Shown here piece after piece: positions 31,338 to 41,500 of a stretch of 64,000 bases of DNA. The number at the start of each line of letters is the position of its first letter. The first letter of the stretch is position 1. The stretch is from the sequence record NC_025447.1. One strand, 5' to 3'. The position numbers were made by a program, and so were the translations under genes. The notes under the pieces were generated by a model. The model ran no database searches. It had not been told where the DNA came from and worked only from the letters and a program-made list of their open reading frames with translations.

Positions 31338-34001
31338 TTATTGACATGCCTCCAAACGACGAGCCATTAACTCCGCACGGCGTGTGGTTTGGCGATACCA
31401 AGCAGAATTGCGGATTTGTGCCGCTGCTTGTTTATAATTACCTTTTGCCATTTCTGATAACATAGTTTTAAATTTCAATACACCACCTTTACCCATCTGA
31501 AATACCATTTGGCATAGTACTTGTTGAGCAAGATAAGGAGTTTTCATGTTATATGAAGCATAAATTGATTTGGCATCATAAATTGCTTTACTACTATCAC
31601 GAACTAACATATCATTTGCTTGTTGTTCAGTTATTCCATCAGAGAAGTTTTCACCGCTAACAATTAAGTGACCGTAACCAATAGTTGGATATCCACGACT
31701 ATCTAAATAACGCCAGAACTTACCATTACGATAATATCCCTTTGCTTGTTGATATTGTAATGTACCCTCATATTCTTTTAATTCAGAAATAAACTGAGCA
31801 TCACCTGGAACAACTTTCCAATCTATGGCTGTTTTATCAACATTACCTATATTATAAGTTGGTTGCTCAACTGGCGTAGTTGAAACACCACTTCTTTGTG
31901 TTCTTCTTCGACGAGGAACATGTCGTGAACCACGTTGTGAATAACCTGTACCAATTGTTTTAATTTTTGTAGTAACTACTAATTCATCACTATCAACAGA
32001 AGGTTGCACTACTGCTTGAGGTGCAGATTGATTGGTTGCTTTTCCTGCAATTAATGTTTTATTGGCTGCGTCAGAACCAGTACCAGTTTGAGATGCATAA
32101 AATAGACCCGGATCAACTGAACCGCTAAAACCAAGCACGTTAGCTGATGTAACACGTATTTCAAACTGTATAACACCATTTGCTTTACCAACAACTTGGC
32201 CTTTTTGAACAACATCTTTGTTTAATAAATCAGATTGAATATTATAAAATACAGATTTATATCCTGACTTATGTTGTATTAACAGTGCACCATTAGTAAT
32301 TACTATTACACCACCATCGGGTGCAACTATGTCACCTTTACATTGTATTTCCCATCCAGAACGATCTGACTTCCCACCACTTTGTGTTGGAACACCTTTC
32401 CCCCAATAACCATATTGGCGAATAGTACCACTACATGGCATGAACATATGTAAACCTTCATATGTAATACTATATCCAGTCATCCCAGGGTCAGATGTCA
32501 TTAAATCTTGAGATTGCACTTGTTCAGTTTCTGATGTATAGTTAACAAACTGAACAGCTTCAGTGTCTTGTGCTACGGGTAATTCTGGTGATACATCATT
32601 TGCTGGTTGTGGTTGTACTGGTGATTCACTAGAACCACTTCCACCACCTTGTCTTGGTGGTTCAACATAACTACCATGATTTTCAGCGTTAACCCATGCA
32701 GCAATATCATGAATGTGTTCATTAAGACCAGCAGATGGTGTTCTAAAGTTTGGTGCAGTAAATTCAGCAGTACCGCTATTACCACCACTATTAACTGTTA
32801 ATGTTTGTCCACCACCACTAATAATTGCTGATGATGATCCAATTAGGTTTGCAGATGTTGCGGCAGAAATAGAAGCATTTGAACCAGCCGTAATATCAGT
32901 ACTGCTACCACTTTGCATACGTAATGATGCAGCAGTAACTAAACGAAGGTCTGCCCCAGAATTAACAACAACTTGTCCACCAACTTTTGCATCAAGAGCA
33001 CCAATTAGATCTAATTTAGTATTTGCACCAACTCGTGCATTGAAATCTTGTCCGGTTTCAATATTATATGAACGTCCAGCAGTAATATTAATATCTTGAC
33101 CAGCACGAATATTAATATTCTTATCACAGTGCATGTCAATATCACCTTCACCAGTGAATTTTATACGTGCAGTGCCATCACGGTTAATTAAAAGAACATC
33201 ACCAGTAGCTTCTGATAAAAGAAGTTGTGCACCACTACGTGTTTTTATTACGACACCTTCATTTTTACGAGAACCAACACGTGTATCGTTTACTGGGTTA
33301 TTAAATTGTGTATCTTGATATCCATCTGGGTCTTGATCCCACGTTGGTGCTGTTAATTCCTCTTCAGTATATCCATCATCAATAATAAAACTATTACCAC
33401 GTGGCGAAGACATACCATATACAGTACTGGTGGTTTGTCGAGTACTACTACGATTCGCCAACCCAGCTTCTTCGTCATATAAAAGGTTTTGCTTTTTAAG
33501 ACCTGCGATAATTGGAACGTTAGCATATTTGTCTTGCATATCGGTAGTGATAGTGTTACGATCATAGTCAGTAACAGGAAGTGGCATATCAGTTCCACCA
33601 TAATTACTTACTTCAGTTGCCATGCCTGGAACCATAGTATTCATACGCTGGTCATATACACAACCAATCCAATATGCTTGGAATGTACGGGCTTGTGCAA
33701 AAATTACAACAACTGTACACCCTACATCTGGTGGTACTGCCCAAAAACCGTATCCTTTTGGATATTGACCATATGCATCAGCACTTGGAATACCTGGTGT
33801 TTTACCAGCAAAAGGAGACATGTAAGATGCTTCTATCCATGATTCTTTTGAGTTTTTATCACTTTGAGAACCTTGTATCCAAACTTTCAGTTTTCCTGAT
33901 TTAGTTGGATCTCTGTTATCCATAACAGTTGCTAACTGCGGATAAGATGGGTCAAAACGACCCAACTGCTGTTGTGCATACTTTTTACTTGTATCTGCCA
34001 T
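31338..34001 (-). CDS. gp5: gp5-like baseplate central spike: OB fold, beta-helix, HxH tip, degenerate M23 domain, C-terminal lysozyme
   Basis: DNRDPTKSGKLKVWI and GFWAVPPDVG (OB fold); Gly/Ser-rich beta repeats; EHIHD; M23-like segment; EYEG...YLDSRGYPTIGYGHL. Confidence 0.85.
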   Translation of the reverse strand: MADTSKKYAQQQLGRFDPSYPQLATVMDNRDPTKSGKLKVWIQGSQSDKNSKESWIEASYMSPFAGKTPGIPSADAYGQYPKGYGFWAVPPDVGCTVVVIFAQARTFQAYWIGCVYDQRMNTMVPGMATEVSNYGGTDMPLPVTDYDRNTITTDMQDKYANVPIIAGLKKQNLLYDEEAGLANRSSTRQTTSTVYGMSSPRGNSFIIDDGYTEEELTAPTWDQDPDGYQDTQFNNPVNDTRVGSRKNEGVVIKTRSGAQLLLSEATGDVLLINRDGTARIKFTGEGDIDMHCDKNINIRAGQDINITAGRSYNIETGQDFNARVGANTKLDLIGALDAKVGGQVVVNSGADLRLVTAASLRMQSGSSTDITAGSNASISAATSANLIGSSSAIISGGGQTLTVNSGGNSGTAEFTAPNFRTPSAGLNEHIHDIAAWVNAENHGSYVEPPRQGGGSGSSESPVQPQPANDVSPELPVAQDTEAVQFVNYTSETEQVQSQDLMTSDPGMTGYSITYEGLHMFMPCSGTIRQYGYWGKGVPTQSGGKSDRSGWEIQCKGDIVAPDGGVIVITNGALLIQHKSGYKSVFYNIQSDLLNKDVVQKGQVVGKANGVIQFEIRVTSANVLGFSGSVDPGLFYASQTGTGSDAANKTLIAGKATNQSAPQAVVQPSVDSDELVVTTKIKTIGTGYSQRGSRHVPRRRRTQRSGVSTTPVEQPTYNIGNVDKTAIDWKVVPGDAQFISELKEYEGTLQYQQAKGYYRNGKFWRYLDSRGYPTIGYGHLIVSGENFSDGITEQQANDMLVRDSSKAIYDAKSIYASYNMKTPYLAQQVLCQMVFQMGKGGVLKFKTMLSEMAKGNYKQAAAQIRNSAWYRQTTRRAELMARRLEACQ

Positions 34002-34014
34002 AATATTTTATTCC

Positions 34015-36264
34015 TTAATCAACTATACTATCGTGACGTTTGAGTGCACGAATTACAATTGCAGCTTGAATTTGTTGTGTAAAAGAACCACCTGCACCAA
34101 AATCATGAACAATTTTATTAACACGATAAATTGTTTGGTTAAATGTGGTTGGTGTATTAATATCCAAAACACCAGTGTTATCATTTATTGATATTACTGG
34201 TTGTAATTTTAGTAATAGATACGCTTCAGATGTTATATAATTTGCTACATGATAATCATCTGGGTTAATTTCCATATCTTCACCATTAATTACTTGTTCT
34301 AGATATTGTAAGTAAGAGTAATCACTCCACCCTAACCAGTACGGGTCGCCTACTACACGCATATCGAGTTTACACAAAAAAGGTCTATTGTAATAGTTGT
34401 CACGTATTTTACGTCTATCCATTTCATATGTGCTGCTGTTATCGTTTAACGAAGCGGATAAAGTTGTTTCATTGTTAGTTGCTTCGGTTGGCATTGTGAA
34501 CACTTCACCATAACGGTGACCAACACCATCAGTACCGCCATCGTTTTCTTCATAAGTGGTTACATAATCTTCAATATATTGAGGTAAAACATTGACTTGA
34601 TAGTTATTATAACGGTCTTGTTCTTCTGCGTTACCAACCTGCATTTGATTTTTTGCTAAAGTTTCAACTTCAGTTAACAATTGTTGTTGGGCTTGTGTTA
34701 ACATCCCTCCTAAATCACGAGTTACACGTAAATCACTTGTTTTTGCCCATGCGTCTGGTATACTATTGTATTGTACACCTTGAATATTGAGTTCTTGGGA
34801 TGTATGTGTACCTGCATGGTTCGCTACATCTTGTATCGGACCAGGGTTACGTGTAGTGGCTACGAAAAATTGCTGATCAAATTTCAAATCCAAATCAAGT
34901 ATCTCACTATTAAGCCCACTAAATTGATAATTATAAGTTTTCATGTTTATTTTTGGTTTTTGATCATTAGGATCTACGTATTTTTCTGCGTTCTCAAAAA
35001 AGTACTCAAATGTGAAATTTTCAGGTTGTAAATCCGATTCATGAACAATATCACCTATTTTAAATCTAACAATATAAAAAATTACTTTATAAACAGAAGT
35101 ATTACGATAATTATCAAAACCAACGTATTGTTTAACTGGTATAATGTTTACAAATTGACGCACACTAGTACTATCATCGGCTTGTACAGTACATGTATCA
35201 ATAACGTCATCAATAATTCGAGATATAGGAGTACTTGGGTTCCATGAAAAGTTTTTAGAACCTTGTGCACCACTTTTAGTTGTTCCGGCCTCTGCCATTT
35301 GTTTAGAATCATAGTTTATAAACAAATCTTGCAAATCAGGTGCTACTTTAAATTCGAAAAATTTACCTTCGGATAATTCACCAAATTTATATCTAAGATA
35401 ACCATATTGTTGGTCAGCCATCTGATTTAATTTATCTTCTAAATCAAAGCAGAAGTCACCAAAGTTTTCAGCAGTACAATTGAATGGTTCTTTTAAGGTC
35501 CATTCAATGTTATCAACTAAAGCTGCTCTATTATGAACTAAGTTCATAGTATACATCATAGTACTACCACTTTGTGAAGCACTTGCAGTAACACTATTAA
35601 TTTTAACTGACCAGCGTCTTGTTGTTTCTGGGATAATTTCAGGTATTCCATTTTTATTAAAGCCAATAAACTTTAATTCCAAGATCAATGGCAAGTCCAT
35701 AAATTTATGATATCTAAGTTTGTTACTTAACGAAATTAATTCATCATATAGACTCATACTATTATTTTCAGACATATTAAGTACTGCTGTATTAAAACAA
35801 TAGTTTGTTGTCATTCCTGGTGTTGAAGGTCCAGCTTGTGTCATTTGTACACTAGTGATATTATATTTGCCAGTAACACCACTTTCTGATATCACATGTC
35901 GTTGCACTTCTGCATCTGGGTAAAGCCAAAAGTTTTTAAAATCATCTTTATCTAAGGCAAATAAACAAAAGTGCCAAGTTGGGTTATCATATTTCAATAA
36001 TTTATTGTCATACGGTATTACAAACTGACTTAAATCGAGATCTTCATAAACTTGATCAACACTAGCACTTTGTTTTGGTAATGATACTACATTACTTACA
36101 TTTGCTTTGTAATTATTTTTTGTAATAGTTTTTACATCATTTTGTAATGTATTTGCTGTAGCTTTCAAACTATCAAGTGCATTAGATGTGGTGGTTTTAG
36201 CCTTACCAGTAATACTTGTAATATCATTTTGAAAATTATCAACTGTACTTCGTAAATCTGCCAT
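34015..36264 (-). CDS. Putative baseplate hub protein (gp27/VgrG-like)
   Basis: Position between gp53-like and gp5; VVGDPYWL and IYRVNKIVHDFGAGGSFTQQI resemble hub C-termini. Confidence 0.45.
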   Translation of the reverse strand: MADLRSTVDNFQNDITSITGKAKTTTSNALDSLKATANTLQNDVKTITKNNYKANVSNVVSLPKQSASVDQVYEDLDLSQFVIPYDNKLLKYDNPTWHFCLFALDKDDFKNFWLYPDAEVQRHVISESGVTGKYNITSVQMTQAGPSTPGMTTNYCFNTAVLNMSENNSMSLYDELISLSNKLRYHKFMDLPLILELKFIGFNKNGIPEIIPETTRRWSVKINSVTASASQSGSTMMYTMNLVHNRAALVDNIEWTLKEPFNCTAENFGDFCFDLEDKLNQMADQQYGYLRYKFGELSEGKFFEFKVAPDLQDLFINYDSKQMAEAGTTKSGAQGSKNFSWNPSTPISRIIDDVIDTCTVQADDSTSVRQFVNIIPVKQYVGFDNYRNTSVYKVIFYIVRFKIGDIVHESDLQPENFTFEYFFENAEKYVDPNDQKPKINMKTYNYQFSGLNSEILDLDLKFDQQFFVATTRNPGPIQDVANHAGTHTSQELNIQGVQYNSIPDAWAKTSDLRVTRDLGGMLTQAQQQLLTEVETLAKNQMQVGNAEEQDRYNNYQVNVLPQYIEDYVTTYEENDGGTDGVGHRYGEVFTMPTEATNNETTLSASLNDNSSTYEMDRRKIRDNYYNRPFLCKLDMRVVGDPYWLGWSDYSYLQYLEQVINGEDMEINPDDYHVANYITSEAYLLLKLQPVISINDNTGVLDINTPTTFNQTIYRVNKIVHDFGAGGSFTQQIQAAIVIRALKRHDSIVD

Positions 36265-36275
36265 ACGTTACTCCA

Positions 36276-36590
36276 TTAGCCTATGTTTCGAGTACCATTA
36301 AGATAATTCTGTACTCTTTGATTTGCTGGTATTCTAATTGTTACTCCACTTTTAAAATTATATATAGGATCTTCTCCTAGTATGTCTGGATTTAACAATG
36401 CGAAAATATAATATAAGCGTTCATTACCATACATTTCGTATGCTAAACGCCAAGGTTGATATTCATATTTCAATGGGATCTCATAAAAATCATCAGTATC
36501 AGCCGGAACAATATCACGTGGTAAATTATACCCAAGATACCATGTTTGTTTCACCTTAGCGTAAGGTGAGTATTGACTATAGTTGGACAT
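36276..36590 (-). CDS. gp53: gp53-like baseplate wedge (LysM-like)
   Basis: YEYQPWRLAYEMYGNERLYYIFALLNPDI...FKSGVTIRIP. Confidence 0.75.
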   Translation of the reverse strand: MSNYSQYSPYAKVKQTWYLGYNLPRDIVPADTDDFYEIPLKYEYQPWRLAYEMYGNERLYYIFALLNPDILGEDPIYNFKSGVTIRIPANQRVQNYLNGTRNIG

Positions 36591-37321
36591 TAAATGAATC
36601 CTCCTTTACGTAATAGTTCACCACGTTTGAATGCATTGAGGTTGAACGTTTTAGTCATATAATCCGATGTTGGTTGTTCTTCAAGTTGTAACATAACTGA
36701 GATTTTTTGTGGAACCCAAACTTCATCTTGTGGGTTCATATATCCAGTACTTCTAAGTTGTTCGAAGAATTTTCTACTATCCATGTCGGATAAATTAAAA
36801 GTACTATCGCTACTATTCAACGGAACTTGAATATAAGAAACATCATTTGGGTAAGTAAAATTATAAGATTTTAAAATAACAGGAATATCATTATATGTAT
36901 AACGACCATATCCACTTAGAAGTAAGATTGGTGGTGGTGCACCTGCAATTGCGAGTTCGGGGTTATTAGCCGAAGCAGCTTGTCTACCAAAATCCATCAA
37001 TGAAACAGAACGTATAAAATGAACACATGCCAACGCATACATAGCTTCTGCTGCTGTATTTGCATAAAATTCACCCTGAATAGTGAAAACTGTATTAGTA
37101 GTGTTCTTATAGTTGTTATAGTTACTGTTGGTATGTATAGGAGACTGTGTTTCATACTGAATTGACCTTTGTTCAGTAATTGTTGGTGTTACAGTCCAAA
37201 CCAACCCATTAGTTGGACGCAGAAACGAAAGTAGTGTTGGTTCGGAGCTATCCCCGAAATCACCATATACATAGTTAGCACCTGCGGCTTTAGGTCGTAA
37301 TCGAATTCTACGATCAATCAT
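36590..37321 (-). CDS. gp48/gp54-like tail tube initiator
   Basis: GAPPPILLLSGYG...DIPVILKSYNFTYP pattern; GGAG RBS favours ATG 37321 (MIDRR). Confidence 0.55.
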   Translation of the reverse strand: MIDRRIRLRPKAAGANYVYGDFGDSSEPTLLSFLRPTNGLVWTVTPTITEQRSIQYETQSPIHTNSNYNNYKNTTNTVFTIQGEFYANTAAEAMYALACVHFIRSVSLMDFGRQAASANNPELAIAGAPPPILLLSGYGRYTYNDIPVILKSYNFTYPNDVSYIQVPLNSSDSTFNLSDMDSRKFFEQLRSTGYMNPQDEVWVPQKISVMLQLEEQPTSDYMTKTFNLNAFKRGELLRKGGFI

Positions 37322-37368
37322 CTTTTTGATTCTCCATAATAAGGGAACATTTGATGTATTTATACGTG

Positions 37369-37395
37369 GGACAAAATGCTTTTTGGTGCTATAAT
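37369..37395 (+). promoter_or_regulatory. RGACAA-N15-TATAAT promoter (gp55-47-46)
   Basis: GGACAA 37369-74, TG-C-TATAAT with the hexamer at 37390-95. Confidence 0.65.
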
Positions 37396-37452
37396 AACAT
37401 TGATGGTACAAGGATTGTACCTATTGGATTTAAACATGGAGAGTAAAATACA

Positions 37453-38292
37453 ATGACAAATAGACCAAAGCGTAAAAAGTATCTCAATAATGCTGATTTA
37501 CTTCGTGAAATACAAAAAAGTAAGATTTCATACTGCTGGTTATTAGACAAATCATATAGTATGTATGATTATATTGTTTTTCATGAGTCAGAAATTACTG
37601 CTGAGTTACTTGAAAAAGCCAAAGCAGCACGAATCAAACGACTAAACAATGAAATGCTTGATAGTATTCGTGAAAAGGAAAGTATGAGTGCTAAAAAAGC
37701 TAAAGAATATGCAGATGAAAATAATTTAGTTATCACTGATGTTCCAATCGATGAAGTTGTTATTCGTGTTATCACTGATGAACATATTCCACCCGACACT
37801 AGAGTTAACTTTGAACCATTCAAGCATTACATTGTAGATAATGAAGGAATTCTCTATGAAGTATGTCGTTCTCATTGGAAAGGAGATCTTGAAACTGGTG
37901 AATTCAGTACTGTTCATGGTAAAATTACAAATGAACTAGGGAAGATGTTCATTAAACTTGCTGAGGAAATCTCTCATAAATCTAATTACAGAAACTATAC
38001 ATACTTAGATGAAATGATGGGTGATGCAAGAATACAATTAGTTAAAAACGCACTTCTCTTTAAAGAGAGCATTCTTTATAAAAAAGATAAACCAGCAGTT
38101 CAGCTAAATCCTTTCTCTTACTATACATCATTCGTAAACAATAGTTTTCGTTCTATATTGAATAGTGAGAAAAATGTTCGAAATATACGTGATGATTTAC
38201 TTGAAATGCATGGCTTTACGCCATCACATACACGTCAAATTGAAATTGAATTGAACATGATTGAAAGGAAAAATGAAGATGGCTCTGTTTGA
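37453..38292 (+). CDS. gp55: T4 gp55-like late sigma factor with a large internal insertion
   Basis: YLNNADLLREI, LGKMFIKLAEEISHKSNYRNYTYLDEM and NPFSYYTSFVNNSF; precedes gp47/46 as in T4. Confidence 0.8.
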   Translation: MTNRPKRKKYLNNADLLREIQKSKISYCWLLDKSYSMYDYIVFHESEITAELLEKAKAARIKRLNNEMLDSIREKESMSAKKAKEYADENNLVITDVPIDEVVIRVITDEHIPPDTRVNFEPFKHYIVDNEGILYEVCRSHWKGDLETGEFSTVHGKITNELGKMFIKLAEEISHKSNYRNYTYLDEMMGDARIQLVKNALLFKESILYKKDKPAVQLNPFSYYTSFVNNSFRSILNSEKNVRNIRDDLLEMHGFTPSHTRQIEIELNMIERKNEDGSV

Positions 38293-39310
38293 TAAAGCAA
38301 TTACATTCACTGATATTCACTTAGGTTTAAAGAATAACAGCAAGCAACACAATGAAGATTGTTTAAACTTCATTAAATTCATGATTGATGTAGCTAAAAA
38401 AAATAATATCAAAGTTTGTGTTTTTATGGGAGATTATTTTCATAATAGAAGTAATATCAATATTCAAACACTAAACTATGGTTTACAAATTCTTCAATTA
38501 TTAAATGATAATTTTGAAAAAGTATATTTTTTAGTAGGCAACCATGATATGTATCATAAAAACAAACGTGATATAACAAGTATCAATATGGCTCAAGTTT
38601 ATGAAAATATAGAATTCATTAATGAAATTACAACCTTTGATGATTGTACTTTCATTCCATTTATGATTGAAGATGAATATAAGTTGTTACCTCAACTAAA
38701 AAGTAAGTATGTTTTTGGTCACTTAGAGTTACCAGGTTACTTGCTTAACAAGATGGTAGAAATGCCTGATCATGGAAAAGAAACAGAAGGTTCTTTTGGT
38801 GGATGTGAGTATGTTTTTAGTGGACATTTTCATAAACGACAGTCAAAAACAACTTCAAAAGGAACTCGTGTAGTTTATACTGGTAATTGTTTTCCACATA
38901 ATTTTTCCGATACATGGGATGATGCAAGAGGTGTGATGATTCTTGAACATGGCAAAGAACCTATTTTCAAGTCATGGGATAATGCACCAAAATATAGAAC
39001 ATTCACACTTTCTGAATTGTTGACTGATCCAAGCTATTATCTACAAGATAACACAATATCAAAAGTTCAAGTTGATATATCAATAACAACTGATGAGATT
39101 AGTTTTATTCGTGATACATTTACTAAACTTTATAACATTAGGGAGTTTAATGTTGTAACTAGCAAGCAAAGTATTTCAGAATTAATCGAAGATGGTGTTA
39201 GTTTTGAAAGTACTGAATCAGTTGATGAGATAGTTTTACAGCAAATTATGGAAATTGATTCACCAATGTTTGATAAAAATCTTCTAATCCAAATTTACAG
39301 ATCGTTATAA
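38273..39310 (+). CDS. gp47: gp47/SbcD/Mre11-like recombination nuclease
   Basis: FTDIHLG, GDYFH, VGNHD, GHLE and SGHFH metallophosphoesterase motifs. Confidence 0.92.
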   Translation: MKMALFDKAITFTDIHLGLKNNSKQHNEDCLNFIKFMIDVAKKNNIKVCVFMGDYFHNRSNINIQTLNYGLQILQLLNDNFEKVYFLVGNHDMYHKNKRDITSINMAQVYENIEFINEITTFDDCTFIPFMIEDEYKLLPQLKSKYVFGHLELPGYLLNKMVEMPDHGKETEGSFGGCEYVFSGHFHKRQSKTTSKGTRVVYTGNCFPHNFSDTWDDARGVMILEHGKEPIFKSWDNAPKYRTFTLSELLTDPSYYLQDNTISKVQVDISITTDEISFIRDTFTKLYNIREFNVVTSKQSISELIEDGVSFESTESVDEIVLQQIMEIDSPMFDKNLLIQIYRSL

Positions 39311-39318
39311 GGGACTAT

Positions 39319-41466
39319 ATGCTAAACATTACACGTATATCTATGAGGAACTTCTTTTCATTTGGTAATGCACCACAATCAATTGATTTGAATGGTTCCG
39401 ACATTTCATTAGTACTGGGTCAAAATAATGATGCAGTTATTGAAGGTGGTGACAGTACCGGACGTCGAAATGGTGTAGGGAAAAGTGCTATTATTCAAGG
39501 ATTAGTTTTTGGATTATTTGGTAAAAGTATTGGTAATGATATTAAAATTCCGAACCTAGTCAATAAAACTAATGGCAAAAATTGTGAAGTAGTTGTAGAG
39601 TTTGAAAAAGATGGTGTACAATATCTGGTTGAACGTGGGAGAAGTCCCACGTATTTCAATTTTGTTACTTTAGGGAAAGATAATAAAATTGAAGATGAAT
39701 CAAGGGGAGAAAAGAAAGACACACAAGAAGATTTGAATGAAATTCTTGGTATATCTCAATTATTATTTGAACATATTGTAGTACTGAATGCTAACGTTGA
39801 ACCTTTCTTAGCTTTATCCACACAAAAACAACGTGATATGATAGAAGAACTTCTTGGAATAACACAGTTGACGGAAAAAGCTGAAATGCTAAAGGAGATG
39901 TATAAGGATACTAAACGTTTAGCCGAACAAGAAAAGTTCAAAAATGAAACTGTAGCTGCAAGTAATGAACGTATTCAAAAAAGTATTGAGGCACTACAAG
40001 AACAGGCAAACCAGTTTGAAATTGATAAAAATAATAGAGTATCTAAGTTAAATGAAGAGTTGAATATATATAAAACTTTAGACTTTAATGACCTCTATGA
40101 AGCTGCTGACATAAAAGAGAAAGCTCTTATTCATAACGCAAAGCGTGGTGAAATCGAACGCCGTGTACAAGAGTTGGCTTTAAAATTTGATGCATATGAC
40201 CGTGAACTTGAAAGATCTAAAAGAGCATTAAATCTAAGCATTGATAAGCTAAAAACTATTGATATTAGTGCAGAATTGGAAAATCATAATGAGTTGGAGA
40301 TATGGAAACAGTTAGAGGGTATTCTAAAAGAGAATAATAACCAAAAACGTTTCAAAGAACAAAAACTAAACTCACTAAAAATAGCTTTAAAAGGATATGA
40401 ATGTTCAATTAATGCTGAAATTGACAAATTATCAACAGTTGAAAACAGCAAATGTCCACTTTGTATGTCTGAATTGGAACATAACGAACATACTTCTTCA
40501 ATTAAAGACAAAATCCAAAGTACTATTAATGATCTTCGAGCTAAAATTGATAGTTCTTCTTCTGAAATTGAAACATTACTTCAAGAAATTGATAGTATTG
40601 AGATTTTTGATATGCCACCTAAACCTGTGACATATTATAATACACTTTCGGAAGCACAAATGCATGAACATAAGCTTCAAGAATTGGTCAGAAAGAGTGA
40701 AGAAGAACCAATAAACATCTATGCAAATGAACTTATGTCATCATATGATGAACTTAACTCATATGAACTAATGGAAGTTCCAGATACATTAAACAAATAT
40801 GAAGTTAAAGAGTTAGAAATGACTGTAAATTCATTATCACAGCAATTAGATCGTGAATTGAAGACTACTAACACATTTATTAGCCAAATTAATACTCTGA
40901 AGACTGATTCTTTAGTACCAATCGATTATAGCGACTATAATAATCTTGATAAAATGTCAAATCACCAAGATTTCTTGGTTAAATTACTTTTAAACAAGGA
41001 TTCTTATGTCCGTAAACGTATTATTGAGCAAAATATCTCATATTTGAATACACGTCTCCAGTACTATATCGATATGTGCGGTTCTGAGCATAATGTTGTG
41101 TTTTTGAATGATTTGAGTGTTGAAATTGAGAAGAGTGGACAGTACTTTGACTATAAACAGCTTAGTAGAGGTGAGCGTACAAGGGTAAACATCGCATTAT
41201 CTTGTGCTTTCCGTGATACATATGAGTCATTATACCAAAGTATTAATATTCTTATCATTGATGAGATGATTGACCAAGGTCTTGACTCAAGTGGTGTTCT
41301 ACGTGTGTGGTCTATCTTCCAAGATATGGCTGCTGTACGTGGTAAGAACGTTTATGCTATTTCCCACAGAGAAGAGTTACTATCTAAGACTGAAAAAATC
41401 CTCAAAGTTGTTAAAGAGGACGGTTTCAGTACTGTTGAATATGCAACCCTTGACGATGTTTTCTAA
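39319..41466 (+). CDS. gp46: gp46/SbcC/Rad50-like ATPase
   Basis: Walker A GVGKS, coiled coil with CPLC hook, LSRGE signature, ILIIDE Walker B, ISH. Confidence 0.92.
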   Translation: MLNITRISMRNFFSFGNAPQSIDLNGSDISLVLGQNNDAVIEGGDSTGRRNGVGKSAIIQGLVFGLFGKSIGNDIKIPNLVNKTNGKNCEVVVEFEKDGVQYLVERGRSPTYFNFVTLGKDNKIEDESRGEKKDTQEDLNEILGISQLLFEHIVVLNANVEPFLALSTQKQRDMIEELLGITQLTEKAEMLKEMYKDTKRLAEQEKFKNETVAASNERIQKSIEALQEQANQFEIDKNNRVSKLNEELNIYKTLDFNDLYEAADIKEKALIHNAKRGEIERRVQELALKFDAYDRELERSKRALNLSIDKLKTIDISAELENHNELEIWKQLEGILKENNNQKRFKEQKLNSLKIALKGYECSINAEIDKLSTVENSKCPLCMSELEHNEHTSSIKDKIQSTINDLRAKIDSSSSEIETLLQEIDSIEIFDMPPKPVTYYNTLSEAQMHEHKLQELVRKSEEEPINIYANELMSSYDELNSYELMEVPDTLNKYEVKELEMTVNSLSQQLDRELKTTNTFISQINTLKTDSLVPIDYSDYNNLDKMSNHQDFLVKLLLNKDSYVRKRIIEQNISYLNTRLQYYIDMCGSEHNVVFLNDLSVEIEKSGQYFDYKQLSRGERTRVNIALSCAFRDTYESLYQSINILIIDEMIDQGLDSSGVLRVWSIFQDMAAVRGKNVYAISHREELLSKTEKILKVVKEDGFSTVEYATLDDVF

Positions 41467-41475
41467 TTAAAGATA

Positions 41476-41500
41476 AAGGGAGCCTTAGCTCCCTTTTTTT
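41476..41500. terminator. Bidirectional terminator
   Basis: AAAGGGAGC-CTTA-GCTCCCTTTTTTT. Confidence 0.8.
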
